A DNA stretch of 58,557 nucleotides, taken from contig JAYVJM010000091.1 of NCBI GenBank assembly GCA_043769275.1, forward strand, positions 1-58,557. The letters run 5' to 3'. The stretch comes from Cellvibrionales bacterium. Its GTDB lineage: Bacteria; Pseudomonadota; Gammaproteobacteria; Pseudomonadales; UBA7239. The notes beneath the pieces are model-generated. The model made no database searches and was not told the DNA's origin. It worked only from the letters and a program-made list of their open reading frames with translations. This document shows, piece after piece, positions 40,160-50,379 of this stretch (positions are counted from its first letter, which is position 1; each line of letters begins with the position of its first letter). The position numbers and the translations under genes are program-made.

Positions 40160-42178
40160 ATGAAGAAAGTTCGAAAAGTACATGCGGCAACCTTCGTCGG
40201 CATCCTGCTGGCGGGTGTTTTGCCTGGCTATGCAGCGGCTGCAGCCGCACAAGTTTGTGTTGTTAAAAGCGGGGAAAGGGCGGGTGCAATCCGTGCCATG
40301 CCGCGCAGCGGCAACTGTGCAAAACATGAGCGTATTGGCAGTTTGAGCGGGGCGGAACCGGTTAACGTGTGCGTTAATCAGGGCTCCGGCGCCATGCGCT
40401 TGCAATTAAGAAAAGATCGTTTAGGTGATGTGAGTGCGTGTAAAGCAGGCGAACTGGCGCAGGTGCTACAAGACTCAGGAAGCAAGGATATCACTGCCTG
40501 CGTGAGCAAAAAAGGCGGCGCGATAAAAGTTTCTAACGGGAATGCTGCGTGTAAGGCAAAAACGGAAGACACCATTCAATTACATGGCGCTGGTTCTTTT
40601 GCTGAGCAAAACAAAGGTGCAAGTTTTGACCCTGCTAGATTGTCGCCACTTATCGACGCGTCTCTAACGGCTCAGTTGCCTGCCGCGTTACCCGCCGCCA
40701 TTGCTGCTGCCGGCATTACTGAGGCATCTGTTGCTGCTGCGGGTCTCCCCGCTAGCATTGCTGCTGCTGCTGGTTCAGCCACTGCTGCTCATACTGAAGC
40801 TGGTAATGCCGCTACTTCAGCCGCTAATGCTGCTGGTTCGGCCACTGCTGCTCATACTGAAGCTGATAATGCCGCTACTTCAGCCGCTAATGCTGCTGGT
40901 TCAGCCACTGCTGCTGCTGGTTCAGCCACTGCTGCTCATACTGAAGCTGGTAATGCCGCTACTTCAGCCACTGCTGCTCATGCAGATGTTGTGACTACTA
41001 ATGCAGATGTTGGTTTAACTCATGCAGATGTTGTGGCTACTCATGCAGATGTTGGTTTAACTAATGCAGATGTTGTGGCTACTCATACAGATGTTGGTTT
41101 AACTAATGCAGATGTTGCGGCTACTAATGCTGCTGCCGCTACTGTTGCCGCTACTGTTGCCCCTGCTGCCGTCACTGCTGCTATCGTGGCTAATGCTGCT
41201 TCTGTTCAGGCTCTCGGCGCCGCCATCGGTGCTGACGTTACCGCTTTGCCTGCTTTGGGTAATGATCTTGCTGGTAATCCTGGTACCGTCACGGCCTTTG
41301 GTAATGCGATAGCGAATGATGCTGCTGAGGTTCAACGTCTCGGCGCCGCCATCGGTGCTGACGCTACCGCTTTGCCTGCTTTGGGTAATCATCTTGCCGC
41401 CAATGCTGCCACCGTCACTGCTTTTGGTACTGCGATAGCGGGTGATGCTGCTGAGGTTCAACGTCTCGGCACCGCCATCGGTGCTGACGCTACTGCTTTG
41501 CCTGCTTTGGGTACTGCTCTTGCTGGTAATGCTGGTGCCGTCACTAACTTTGGTACTGCTCTTGCTGGTAATGCTGGTGCCGTCACTAACTTAGGTAATG
41601 CTCTTGCTGGTAATGCTGGTGCCGTCACTGCTTTTGGTACTGCGATAGCGGGTGATGCTGCTGAGGTTCAACGGCTCGGCACTGCTCTTGCTGGTGACCC
41701 TGCCATTACCGCAGCTATCGCTCCCCAGTTGCATGTGTACGACAACGCCAATAATGATCTGGGTGTCTACCTTCCCGGCTTGGGCTTGTATGATCCTGCC
41801 AATGGCACGGTTCTTGTGATTAGTGACTTGGCCCGAGGGCGTCTCAAAAGCATTAACGTTAACGCCCCCGTTGGTTACTTCAGTGATAATGCTTGCAACA
41901 CAGATGCGTTCCCCCTGGATGCAACGGATGGCTTTGTTCAGAAAATTATGTGGGACACCACTGCACGTGCTCCTATGCTAATTACCCCAAACAACATTGT
42001 AGAAGGTCAGTTGTATGTTGTTGACGGCGCTAACACCTGTTATGAATACCCGGGTCTTGGTGTTTTAACTCGGTATACCCGAGTATTTGTCTCAGCAGCC
42101 GTGCCAGCGGCAAGAGCAGGCCTCACTGTGGTTAATCTGGCTGCTTTAAGAGTTAACCTTCCTCTCGTAATCCGTTAA
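40160..42178 (+). CDS. secreted Ala/Thr/Gly-rich tandem-repeat protein of unknown family
   Basis: 672-aa ORF with a signal peptide (MKKVRKVHAATFVGILLAGVLPGYAAAAAA). The N-terminal module holds three Cys-hairpin repeats. About 310 aa of nested repeats follow, then a unique ~160-aa C-terminal domain with two Cys. A strong terminator lies downstream. Confidence 0.8.
   Translation: MKKVRKVHAATFVGILLAGVLPGYAAAAAAQVCVVKSGERAGAIRAMPRSGNCAKHERIGSLSGAEPVNVCVNQGSGAMRLQLRKDRLGDVSACKAGELAQVLQDSGSKDITACVSKKGGAIKVSNGNAACKAKTEDTIQLHGAGSFAEQNKGASFDPARLSPLIDASLTAQLPAALPAAIAAAGITEASVAAAGLPASIAAAAGSATAAHTEAGNAATSAANAAGSATAAHTEADNAATSAANAAGSATAAAGSATAAHTEAGNAATSATAAHADVVTTNADVGLTHADVVATHADVGLTNADVVATHTDVGLTNADVAATNAAAATVAATVAPAAVTAAIVANAASVQALGAAIGADVTALPALGNDLAGNPGTVTAFGNAIANDAAEVQRLGAAIGADATALPALGNHLAANAATVTAFGTAIAGDAAEVQRLGTAIGADATALPALGTALAGNAGAVTNFGTALAGNAGAVTNLGNALAGNAGAVTAFGTAIAGDAAEVQRLGTALAGDPAITAAIAPQLHVYDNANNDLGVYLPGLGLYDPANGTVLVISDLARGRLKSINVNAPVGYFSDNACNTDAFPLDATDGFVQKIMWDTTARAPMLITPNNIVEGQLYVVDGANTCYEYPGLGVLTRYTRVFVSAAVPAARAGLTVVNLAALRVNLPLVIR
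40769..41700 (+). repeat. nested in-frame tandem repeats (63-bp, 21/42-bp and 126-bp families)
   Basis: 63-bp units at 40769-40831 and 40832-40894 differ at 2 nt, with partial copies running to about 40978. Seven 21-bp units span 40979-41125. 126-bp units lie at 41195-41320, 41321-41446 and 41447-41656. The third contains three 42-bp subunits (41516-41641). A partial fourth unit starts at 41657. Confidence 0.85.
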
Positions 42179-42191
42179 TTGCTATTTGTGT

Positions 42192-42224
42192 AAAACAATG
42201 GGGCGCAATGCCCCATTGTTTTTT
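42192..42224. terminator. bidirectional rho-independent terminator between the repeat-protein gene and mutS
   Basis: Perfect 13-bp stem AAAACAATGGGGC/GCCCCATTGTTTT with a 5-nt loop (GCAAT). An A-tract is built into the left arm and a T-run follows on the right. Confidence 0.8.
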
Positions 42225-42252
42225 CTAACAAGACCAAAACGTCCCTTTGCGT

Positions 42253-44889
42253 TCACAGCTCATTTTTCAAACGATACAAAAACTCCAGCGCGGCTTTGGG
42301 TGTTAGCTCGTCGGGGTTGATGGCGCGCAGGCTGTCCACACAAGGCGGCATCGCCGTGGCAAATAAATCGGCTTGAGCGGGCACTGTTGGCATGCGTGCA
42401 GCCGGTTTTTTTGCGGTGTGGTGCGTTGCGCTATTTTCCAGCTCGGCCAGTTTCTCGCGCGCTTGTGTGAGCACAGGCAAGGGAATGCCCGCCAGTTTTG
42501 CCACCTGCAAGCCATACGATTTATTGGCCGCGCCCATTTGTACTTTGTGCAGAAACACAATGCCGTCGTGGTGTTCGCTGGCATCCAAATGCGCATTAGC
42601 GACGCTCGCGCATTCATCAGGTAAAGCCGTTAATTCAAAATAATGTGTGGCGAACAGCGTAAATGCGTGCACGCGCTCGGCTAAATAGTGCGCGCAGGCC
42701 CAGGCAAGCGAAAGGCCGTCAAACGTGCTGGTGCCGCGCCCAATTTCATCCATCAGCACCAAACTTCTGGGTGTGGCGTTGTGCAGAATGTTGGCGGTTT
42801 CTGTCATTTCCACCATAAAGGTGGAGCGGCCAGAGGCGAGATCATCCGACGAACCTATGCGCGTAAAAATGCGGTCAATAATGCCAATTTCTGCGCTCTC
42901 GGCAGGTACAAAACTGCCGGTGTGGGCGAGTAGCGCAATCAGTGCCGCTTGACGCATGTAGGTAGATTTACCGCCCATGTTGGGGCCGGTGATGATCAAC
43001 ATGCGTAAATTGCTATGCAGATGCAGATCATTCGCCACAAACGCTTCCCCATGCACGCGGTTGACCACTTGCTCAACCACGGGGTGACGGCCTTTATGAA
43101 TGCGTACACCAGGCTCGGCGGTGAGGGTCGGGCGGCTCCAGCTCAGTGTCTCGGCACGCTCGGCAAAGCTGCTTTGCACGTCTAGCTCTGCCAGCGCAGT
43201 GCTGGTTTCTTGCAGCGGCAAAAGCTGTTCGTTGAGCGTATCCAGCAATTCCTCGTACAATTGTTTTTCGCGTGTGAGAGCGCGGCTTTTGGCGGAAAGT
43301 GCTTTGTCTTCAAAGACTTTCAAATCTGGCGTAATAAACCGCTCGGCATTTTTTAGCGTCTGCCGCCGAATATAGTCGGCAGGAACCGTGTGTGATTGTG
43401 CGGCGGAAAGCTCTATAAAGTAGCCATGCACGCGGTTGTAACCCACTTTCAGCGTGGATAAACCGGTGCGCTCGCGTTCTTGCTGTTCTAGCCGCTGCAA
43501 AAAATCGCCCGCGTTTTGTTGCAGGCTGCGTAGCTCGTCCAGTTCCGCGTCGTAGCCGTCGGCCATCACGCCACCCTCGCGGATCACCATCGGCGGGTTT
43601 TCCATCAGTGCACGCACAAGCAAGTCGTTAAGTTCAGGAAATGGCTGAATTTGCATCGCCAGTCTGTGCAATGTTTTTGTATCGGCCTGCTGTAATTGAG
43701 CAAGCAATTGCGGCAAACAATGCAACGATTGCTGCAAACGGGTGAGGTCACGCGGGCGTGCCGAGCGCAGGGCGATGCGCGACAAAATACGCTCCATATC
43801 ACCCACCGCGCGCAGCGTTTCACGCAGTGGCTCGAAGCGATAGTCGGCCAGCAAGTCGGCTACGGTTTGCTGGCGTTGTTGCAGCGCATCAAGACGCGCC
43901 AATGGACGGTGCAGCCAGCGACGCAGCGCACGTGCACCCATGGCCGTCACCGTGCTGTTCACCACGGAAAACAGCGTGTTTTCCTGCGAGCCAGCGAGGT
44001 TGCTGTCAATTTCCAAGTTGCGGCGCGTGGCGGCATCCATTTCCACCGCGTCGCCACGGCGTTCGGTGGTAAGTGCGCGAATATGTGGCAAGGCGCTGCG
44101 CTGGGTTAAGCGCACGTAACTCATCAGCGCGCCCGCTGCACGCAAAGCCAGCGGTAAATCGTCACAGCCAAAACCGGCCAAGTCGTGTGTGGCGAATTGC
44201 TGCGTTAGTAAACGCAAAGCTGCATCAAGATCAAATTCCCACGGTGCTTGTTTGCGCAAACCCGCACGGCGCACAAGGGGTTCGGGCAGGCTCCAATCGT
44301 CAGGCAACAACAGTTCAGCGGGATTCAGTCGCTGCATTTCGCCCAGTAGCGCGTCGAGGGTGTCGACTTCCTGCACACAAAAACGTCCTGCGCTGATATC
44401 GAGCGAAGCAATACCGAAACGCGCTTGTTGTGCAAAGACGGCCACCAGCAGGTTGTCGCGGCCAGCATCTAAAAGCGCCTCGTCACTGACGGTGCCTGGG
44501 GTAACAACGCGCACCACCTTCCGCTCAACAGGGCCTTTGCTGGTAGCGGGGTCGCCAATCTGTTCGCAAATCGCCACCGATTCACCCAAACGCACCAAAC
44601 GAGCCAGATAATTTTCTGCCGCATGATAGGGAACGCCCGCCATTGCAATGGGCTCGCCGCCAGATTTACCACGCGCGGTAAGGGTGATATCCAGAAGCTG
44701 CGCCGCTTTTTTGGCATCGTCAAAAAACAACTCGTAAAAATCGCCCATGCGGTAAAAAAGCAGCTCATGCGGATGCTGGGCTTTGAGTGCCAGATATTGC
44801 TGCATCATGGGCGTGTGGTCGGTGCGGCTGTTTTCTGTGGTCGACTGGTCTGCTTTATTCACGATAACAACCCGAAAGCTCAATGGCAT
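42253..44889 (-). CDS. mutS: DNA mismatch repair protein MutS
   Basis: [27 protein letters not shown], Walker [10 protein letters not shown], and [12 protein letters not shown]. Confidence 0.95.
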   Translation of the reverse strand: MPLSFRVVIVNKADQSTTENSRTDHTPMMQQYLALKAQHPHELLFYRMGDFYELFFDDAKKAAQLLDITLTARGKSGGEPIAMAGVPYHAAENYLARLVRLGESVAICEQIGDPATSKGPVERKVVRVVTPGTVSDEALLDAGRDNLLVAVFAQQARFGIASLDISAGRFCVQEVDTLDALLGEMQRLNPAELLLPDDWSLPEPLVRRAGLRKQAPWEFDLDAALRLLTQQFATHDLAGFGCDDLPLALRAAGALMSYVRLTQRSALPHIRALTTERRGDAVEMDAATRRNLEIDSNLAGSQENTLFSVVNSTVTAMGARALRRWLHRPLARLDALQQRQQTVADLLADYRFEPLRETLRAVGDMERILSRIALRSARPRDLTRLQQSLHCLPQLLAQLQQADTKTLHRLAMQIQPFPELNDLLVRALMENPPMVIREGGVMADGYDAELDELRSLQQNAGDFLQRLEQQERERTGLSTLKVGYNRVHGYFIELSAAQSHTVPADYIRRQTLKNAERFITPDLKVFEDKALSAKSRALTREKQLYEELLDTLNEQLLPLQETSTALAELDVQSSFAERAETLSWSRPTLTAEPGVRIHKGRHPVVEQVVNRVHGEAFVANDLHLHSNLRMLIITGPNMGGKSTYMRQAALIALLAHTGSFVPAESAEIGIIDRIFTRIGSSDDLASGRSTFMVEMTETANILHNATPRSLVLMDEIGRGTSTFDGLSLAWACAHYLAERVHAFTLFATHYFELTALPDECASVANAHLDASEHHDGIVFLHKVQMGAANKSYGLQVAKLAGIPLPVLTQAREKLAELENSATHHTAKKPAARMPTVPAQADLFATAMPPCVDSLRAINPDELTPKAALEFLYRLKNEL

Positions 44890-45074
44890 GACGCGCAGTT
44901 TACTTTATCGCTCTGGCGATGGCTTTTGGTGATGCCTTTATTGCCGTTTTGCGCTTGCAAAATTGAAACACATGCCGATAATACACACCTGAGCAATAAC
45001 CCATGTGGGGCTTGATGAATACCTAGTCAGCGTCGTCCTTTTCGGTCGGCGCATTTACATAAACGTCGAAACGA

Positions 45075-45572
45075 ATGAGGGTTGCCTTGATGGGAACAAA
45101 CTCCGCGCTCGCTCTTGTCAGCGAAACGTCAGCTTCTAGCCAACAAAAAATATGGCCAGCACACCACAATCTCCAGCCAAGTGCTGATACTCAGGATCAT
45201 TTCATTCATCGTAACGGCGTTGAATTCGCCGGTACGCATTTGATTTTTGATTTTTGGGGCGCACACAAGCTCGATGATCTCAAATTGATGGAGCAGGCCA
45301 TGCGCGACAGCGTAGTGGCTGCCGGCGCAACGCTGTTGCACATCCATCTGCACCACTTTACACCCAATGGTGGCATTTCTGGCGTGGCGGTATTGGCGGA
45401 ATCACATATCAGCGTCCATACGTGGCCTGAGCGTGGATTTGCGGCATTTGACGTGTTTATGTGCGGTGATGCAGAGCCAGAAAAGGCAATTGCGGTGTTA
45501 AAAAAAGCATTTACACCTAAGCGTATGAACATCACTGAGCATCTACGTGGAGTGACGCAAAGCGATGACTAA
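45075..45572 (+). CDS. speD: S-adenosylmethionine decarboxylase proenzyme (small bacterial class)
   Basis: Self-processing motif [27 protein letters not shown]. 8-nt overlap with speE. The start is uncertain because there is an N-terminal extension. Confidence 0.8.
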   Translation: MRVALMGTNSALALVSETSASSQQKIWPAHHNLQPSADTQDHFIHRNGVEFAGTHLIFDFWGAHKLDDLKLMEQAMRDSVVAAGATLLHIHLHHFTPNGGISGVAVLAESHISVHTWPERGFAAFDVFMCGDAEPEKAIAVLKKAFTPKRMNITEHLRGVTQSDD

Positions 45573-46428
45573 GACGTGGAATGAAACGCTGTACGATGCG
45601 TGGGGTCAACGTCACGACATTGATAAGGTCTATTTTGAGTTTGATACCGGCCATCAGCAATTGATGATCTTCCATAACGCGCTGTTCGGGCGCGTGATGA
45701 CACTTGATGGTGTGGTGCAAACCACCGAAAAAGACGAGTTTATCTACCATGAAATGATGACCCATGTGCCGATTCTGGCACATGGTAAAGTCAAGCGCGT
45801 GCTAATTATTGGCGGTGGTGACGGCGGCATTTTGCGCGAAGTGTGTCGTCACAAGACGGTCGAGCATGTTACGCAGGTTGAAATAGACAAAGCCGTGATT
45901 GATATGGCGATCGAGTACCTGCCAAGCCATTCAGCCGGTGCTTATGACGATCCGCGCGCCAATGTCGTTATTGATGACGGCTGCCGTTTTGTTGCGCAGT
46001 GTCAGGAAAAATTCGACATTATTATTTCTGATTCAACAGACCCCATCGGTCCAGGCGAAGTGTTGTTTACCAGCCAGTTTTACAGCGATTGTAAGCGCTG
46101 CTTGAATGATGGCGGCATTATGGTCACGCAAAATGGCGTGGTGTTCATGCAATTGGATGAGGTGAAAACCACGGCTCAACGCATGGCATTGACCTTTGGC
46201 GATGTGCATTTTTATAGCGCAGCCGTGCCTACCTACGTTGGTGGCATTATGACTTTTGCTTGGTCAAGTGATGATAAAACGCTACGTCATGTGGATGCCA
46301 AAACATTGCGTGAGCGCTTCAAAGCGGCAGGCATTAAAACACGCTATTACAATCCAGACATTCACGCGGCTTCTTTTTGTTTGCCGCAATATGTATTGGA
46401 AGCGATAGGCAAAGCCGACAACCGCTGA
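45565..46428 (+). CDS. speE: spermidine synthase
   Basis: [28 protein letters not shown] and YHEMM motifs. Confidence 0.92.
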   Translation: MTKTWNETLYDAWGQRHDIDKVYFEFDTGHQQLMIFHNALFGRVMTLDGVVQTTEKDEFIYHEMMTHVPILAHGKVKRVLIIGGGDGGILREVCRHKTVEHVTQVEIDKAVIDMAIEYLPSHSAGAYDDPRANVVIDDGCRFVAQCQEKFDIIISDSTDPIGPGEVLFTSQFYSDCKRCLNDGGIMVTQNGVVFMQLDEVKTTAQRMALTFGDVHFYSAAVPTYVGGIMTFAWSSDDKTLRHVDAKTLRERFKAAGIKTRYYNPDIHAASFCLPQYVLEAIGKADNR

Positions 46429-46506
46429 TTTACGCTTATCTAAAAAATGGGGGGGGCAGCCATACACCGCGCTTTCTTCTTTTTACTCTGAAATGGGGCC
46501 TTTATC

Positions 46507-47661
46507 ATGGCAAACCTGTTCTCGGAAGTTCTTTTTTCTGAAGCTAAAACACAAGCTCTGGTGAGCCAGTACGGCTCACCCTGCATGCTGCTGGATTGCG
46601 AAAAGCTCGCCGATCAGTACCGGCAATTGTCGGCCGCGCTGCCGAATGTGGGCTTGTTTTATGCGGTAAAAGCCTTTCCGCATGAAGCTATTGTGAACAC
46701 GCTCAATCAACTGGGTGCTGGTTTTGATATTGCCACTACGGGTGAGATCAGCTTGCTGCGCAGCGAGCATATCAATCCGCGTCGCACCATTCATACGCAT
46801 CCCATTAAAAAAGACCGCGACATACGCGACGCTTTACGTTTTGGTTGCAGCACCTTTGTTGTCGATAATTATGCAGAGCTGAAGAAGTTCCGCAAATATG
46901 GCAGCCGTGTTGGCTTGCTGTTGCGCGTGTCGTTTCGCAGCCCAGATTGCGCTGTTGATTTGTCGAAAAAGTTTGGTTGTCAGCCAGAAGAAGTGCAGGT
47001 TTTATTGGCGCAAGCAAGTGCGCTTGGCTTGCATGTTAAGGGCTTGTCTTTCCATGTCGGCTCACAGTCTACTAGCCCCAATGCGCATGTTGCTGCTATT
47101 CATGCCTGCCGCGAACTCATTGAAAACGCGTCGTTGCCGCTGCGCATACTCGATATCGGCGGCGGCTTTCCGGTGGATTATGATCAGGCAAATGATATGG
47201 ATATTGCCGCATTTTGCGCCCCGATTCGCGCGGCATTGGCGCAATTGCCAAAAAATGTTGACGTTATCGCTGAGCCTGGTCGCTTTTTGATAGCTCCCGC
47301 CTGCGCGACGATTGTCTCTGTAGTGGGCAAAGCCTTGCGTGGCGATCAGCCGTGGTACTATCTGGATGATGGCGTGTACGGCATGTTCAGTGGTCGTTTG
47401 TTCGACCATGCGCGCTACCCGCTGCACGTTTTTCGCACGGGTGTCGCCGTGTCTTCTGTTTTGGCGGGGCCAACGTGCGACAGTATCGACGTGATTGAGG
47501 AGGATATTCAATTGCCTGAGCTGGAGGTGGGTGATTTGGTAGTAGGGTGCATGATGGGCGCTTATACGGCGGCTACGGCCACCACGTTTAACTCACTGCC
47601 CGTGCCGCGCGTGGTGGTGTTTGGTGAGCCAGTACGGGCCAAATTGGCGTATATATCCTGA
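46507..47661 (+). CDS. PLP-dependent ornithine/lysine decarboxylase (alanine-racemase fold, Orn/DAP/Arg decarboxylase family 2)
   Basis: PLP-lysine motif FYAVKAF, DIGGGFPVDY, and EPGRF...GPTCDSID. It lies downstream of speDE. Confidence 0.85.
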   Translation: MANLFSEVLFSEAKTQALVSQYGSPCMLLDCEKLADQYRQLSAALPNVGLFYAVKAFPHEAIVNTLNQLGAGFDIATTGEISLLRSEHINPRRTIHTHPIKKDRDIRDALRFGCSTFVVDNYAELKKFRKYGSRVGLLLRVSFRSPDCAVDLSKKFGCQPEEVQVLLAQASALGLHVKGLSFHVGSQSTSPNAHVAAIHACRELIENASLPLRILDIGGGFPVDYDQANDMDIAAFCAPIRAALAQLPKNVDVIAEPGRFLIAPACATIVSVVGKALRGDQPWYYLDDGVYGMFSGRLFDHARYPLHVFRTGVAVSSVLAGPTCDSIDVIEEDIQLPELEVGDLVVGCMMGAYTAATATTFNSLPVPRVVVFGEPVRAKLAYIS

Positions 47662-47692
47662 TGACTGATGTTGCGCAACGTAGCAATATCCA

Positions 47693-47759
47693 TTCGGGCT
47701 GAGCCTGTCGAAGCCTTATCTTCTGTAGTAGGCAGTCCTTCGACAAACTCAGGGCGAAC
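47693..47759. repeat. imperfect 21-nt inverted repeat (REP/MITE-like palindromic element) between convergent genes
   Basis: TTCGGGCTGAGCCTGTCGAAG (47693-47713) pairs with CTTCGACAAACTCAGGGCGAA (47739-47759). 17 of 21 positions pair, with two 2-nt mismatches. The spurious ORF 47588..47773 translates it as ..LSLSKD...RLRQAQPE. Confidence 0.5.
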
Positions 47760-47823
47760 GGATAACTTGTCAATTTGGGAAGATACTTGTCACCAATTCC
47801 TTAAAAAAACCGGCTAAGCAATC

Positions 47824-48246
47824 TCACGCAGGCTCCAATACCACCACAGGCAGTTCTCGTGTGGTTTTCTTTTGATATTCAATGTAATCGGGAAAAATGG
47901 CGGTCATGATGCCCCATAGCGTTTGGCGCTCTTTGCCCTCTGCTACGCGCATTTTTACAGCCATTTTCTCGGCTTTAACTTGAATATGTGCAAGTGGGTT
48001 CGCGCACAGGTTTTGATACCACGCGGGTGGAATGTCGCTGCCGCCTTTTGATCCCATTACCACGTAGTTATTGCCGTGCTTGCCGTAAATGAGTGCCACC
48101 TGTCGAATTTCGCCTGATTTTTTGCCGGTGGTGCTGAGTATCAGGCAGGGGCTGCCGTACATGATGTGGCCGTCTTCGCCGTTGCTGGCCAGATAGCGGC
48201 GGATGTGGTCTTTCATCATGTCAATGGGACTGTTGGTATTGCTCAT
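47824..48246 (-). CDS. DUF385 / deazaflavin-dependent nitroreductase-family protein
   Basis: 140 aa with [20 protein letters not shown] and ERQTLWGIM segments typical of the Ddn/DUF385 split beta-barrel family. Its ATG overlaps the apeB stop (ATGA). Confidence 0.75.
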   Translation of the reverse strand: MSNTNSPIDMMKDHIRRYLASNGEDGHIMYGSPCLILSTTGKKSGEIRQVALIYGKHGNNYVVMGSKGGSDIPPAWYQNLCANPLAHIQVKAEKMAVKMRVAEGKERQTLWGIMTAIFPDYIEYQKKTTRELPVVVLEPA

Positions 48247-49571
48247 GGCGTGTCTCCAGTTGAGCGATTGAAAAATGCGCTTAGCGTTTTTTGCAGATAC
48301 GCCACATCCAAAACGCCGGCCAGTTCGCGTATCGAATGCATAGCAAAGGTTGGTACGCCGATATCCACGGTGTCCACACCCACGGCGGCGGCGGTGAGGG
48401 GGCCTATCGTGCTGCCGCAGCCCATGTCGCTACGTGCCACGAAGTTTTGCAGCGGAATATTGTGGCGAAGGCATAAATCGCGCAGCAGTGCTTGGGTTTT
48501 GCTATTGCTGGCATAACGCTGATTGGCGTTAATTTTTAGCGCAGGGCCGCCATTCAGTAATGGGCGATGATTTTCGTCGTGTTTTTCGCTGTAATTCGGA
48601 TGAAGTCCGTGGGCGTTGTCGGCGGAAATCAGCAGCGAGCGGGCAATCGTGCGTTCGTAGTTTTCAACAGGAGAGCCTTCCATCAGCAAACTCTCGCCAG
48701 CACCCAGCCAGCGTTCCAGCACTGCACGCAAAAATGCGCCTTGTGCGCCGCACGCGGATACGCTGCCCACTTCTTCATGGTCGGTGCATGCGAGCACGCA
48801 GGCTTGATCCGCATTTGCTTGCAGCAGTGCTTGTAGACCACAAAAACAGCTCAAAAGATTGTCCAGTCGCGCACTTGCAATAAATTGTTGGCGCAGGCCA
48901 ATGAGTGCCGGTGCCTGTGTGTCGTACAGGGAAAGCTCGTAATCCAGCACGCATTCCGCATCACAATTTGGCTGTTCCAGGCGCAGTTGTGCGAGCAGAA
49001 CATTGTGAAAATCTGTTGCGGCTACAGCGTCGTCGACTTGCAATAAGAGCGGGGGCAATTCTTTTTGGGCGTTGATGGCGCGACCATTGTTGACATCTCT
49101 GTCTAGGTGAATGGCGAGGCTGGGAATGGTCGCCACGGCGTGGCGGAAATCAACCAGTGCGGTCGCTAATACGCCATTTTTTTGACGGTAATGTACCCGT
49201 CCGGCAATGGACAAATCACGATCAAACCACGGGTGCAGCAGCGCGCCGCCGTAGACCTCGACACCCAGTTGCAGATAGCCAAAACGCAGCATGTCTGGCT
49301 GTGGTTTGATTTTTAGGCAAGGGCTGTCAGTGTGCGCGCCAACCAGCCGCACTCCGTGCTCTTGTGGTGTGTTTTTGCCGCTAGTCCATGCAATGAGTGA
49401 TGAGTCGTTGCGCGTCACTAGGTACTTTTTTTGGGGTTGTATTTGCCATCTTTCTCCTTCGTTAAGCGCTTCAAAACCTGCCGCTAGGAGTTGCTTGCGC
49501 ATCTGGGATACGGCGTGAAATGGCGTAGGCGATTGCTGGAGAAAATCAAGAATGGCTATGGGGTGGGTCAT
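48243..49571 (-). CDS. apeB: M18-family aspartyl aminopeptidase
   Basis: [33 protein letters not shown] and the C-terminal [11 protein letters not shown], typical of M18 aminopeptidase 2. Confidence 0.88.
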   Translation of the reverse strand: MTHPIAILDFLQQSPTPFHAVSQMRKQLLAAGFEALNEGERWQIQPQKKYLVTRNDSSLIAWTSGKNTPQEHGVRLVGAHTDSPCLKIKPQPDMLRFGYLQLGVEVYGGALLHPWFDRDLSIAGRVHYRQKNGVLATALVDFRHAVATIPSLAIHLDRDVNNGRAINAQKELPPLLLQVDDAVAATDFHNVLLAQLRLEQPNCDAECVLDYELSLYDTQAPALIGLRQQFIASARLDNLLSCFCGLQALLQANADQACVLACTDHEEVGSVSACGAQGAFLRAVLERWLGAGESLLMEGSPVENYERTIARSLLISADNAHGLHPNYSEKHDENHRPLLNGGPALKINANQRYASNSKTQALLRDLCLRHNIPLQNFVARSDMGCGSTIGPLTAAAVGVDTVDIGVPTFAMHSIRELAGVLDVAYLQKTLSAFFNRSTGDTP

Positions 49572-49639
49572 GGCGGCACTGAAAAGTGGAAACAGGGATT
49601 TAGTATAACCACGAGAGTCTTGTCTTATCGCTTCCTAAT

Positions 49640-50185
49640 TTATGAAGGCGACTGCCATGTTTCCGGCAGCACGGTGATGCTGCTTGTATTGTTGCTGACG
49701 GTTGCTTGGCCGTCTTGCATAAACAGGTGTAAATCCATATTGCGCGTTGCCAATAAAGCCATCGCGTCAGTGACTTCTTTGGATAGAAAAAATACGGATA
49801 AATTTTCAAAGCGCGCCAATTTCTGCCGGTTTTTTTCCCACCAAGGCTGCGCTGTGCGTGCGCCGTAGCAGTAAATGGAGACGCGACGCGCGCGGCCACA
49901 GGCTTTGCGAATGCGGCTTTCATCAGGCATGCCTATTTCTATCCAGTGCGTGATGGTACCCGTCGAGTCTTTGTCCCATAAGTCAGGTTCATTTTCACTG
50001 GAAAGTCCACGCGTGAACTGGAGTGAGTCGCTGGCGTGTAAAGCAAACGCCAATAGCCTGAGCATTAATCGCTCTTCGGTTTCTGATGGATGGCAAGCTA
50101 AAGTCAGGTTGTGTTGAGCGTAATAGTGCCTGTCCATATCGGCAATTTGGAGAGAGGCTTTGTAAATAGTGGCCTTCATCGCCAT
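49640..50185 (-). CDS. yaeQ: YaeQ-family protein
   Basis: MAMKATIYKASLQIADMDRHYY...LTLACHPSETEERLMLRLLAFAL, which from memory closely parallels E. coli YaeQ. Confidence 0.85.
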   Translation of the reverse strand: MAMKATIYKASLQIADMDRHYYAQHNLTLACHPSETEERLMLRLLAFALHASDSLQFTRGLSSENEPDLWDKDSTGTITHWIEIGMPDESRIRKACGRARRVSIYCYGARTAQPWWEKNRQKLARFENLSVFFLSKEVTDAMALLATRNMDLHLFMQDGQATVSNNTSSITVLPETWQSPS

Positions 50186-50379
50186 AGTGTTTTGCCTGAT
50201 TTAAAAAAAGTGTATTTTTTTTGTCGTGTAAGTGCGTGATGGATTAAAGCCAATTTGAGCAACCGCTTTTTGTGAAAAGGGTCTATTCTTTGATCGCTTT
50301 GGCTACTCGTTAGCGGCCACTTACACAAAGCCTGAAACAAACTATAACAGTTGGCCGGTATTGCTGCAGGAGATATTCC

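Noticed and set aside
40701-41461. Alternative-frame ORFs inside the repeat gene: 40701-40994 on the plus strand (Leu-rich), 41106-41312 on the plus strand, and 41099-41461 on the minus strand.
   Set aside because: They are artefacts of translating low-complexity GCT-rich tandem repeats in other frames. The frame starting at 40160 alone has a signal peptide, unique N- and C-terminal domains, and a terminator.
40769-41700. Could the tandem repeats be a CRISPR array or a non-coding satellite?
   Set aside because: There are no unique spacers between constant repeats. All unit lengths are multiples of 3 and lie within one long ORF. The repeats are direct and degenerate at synonymous or conservative positions, so they are coding repeats.
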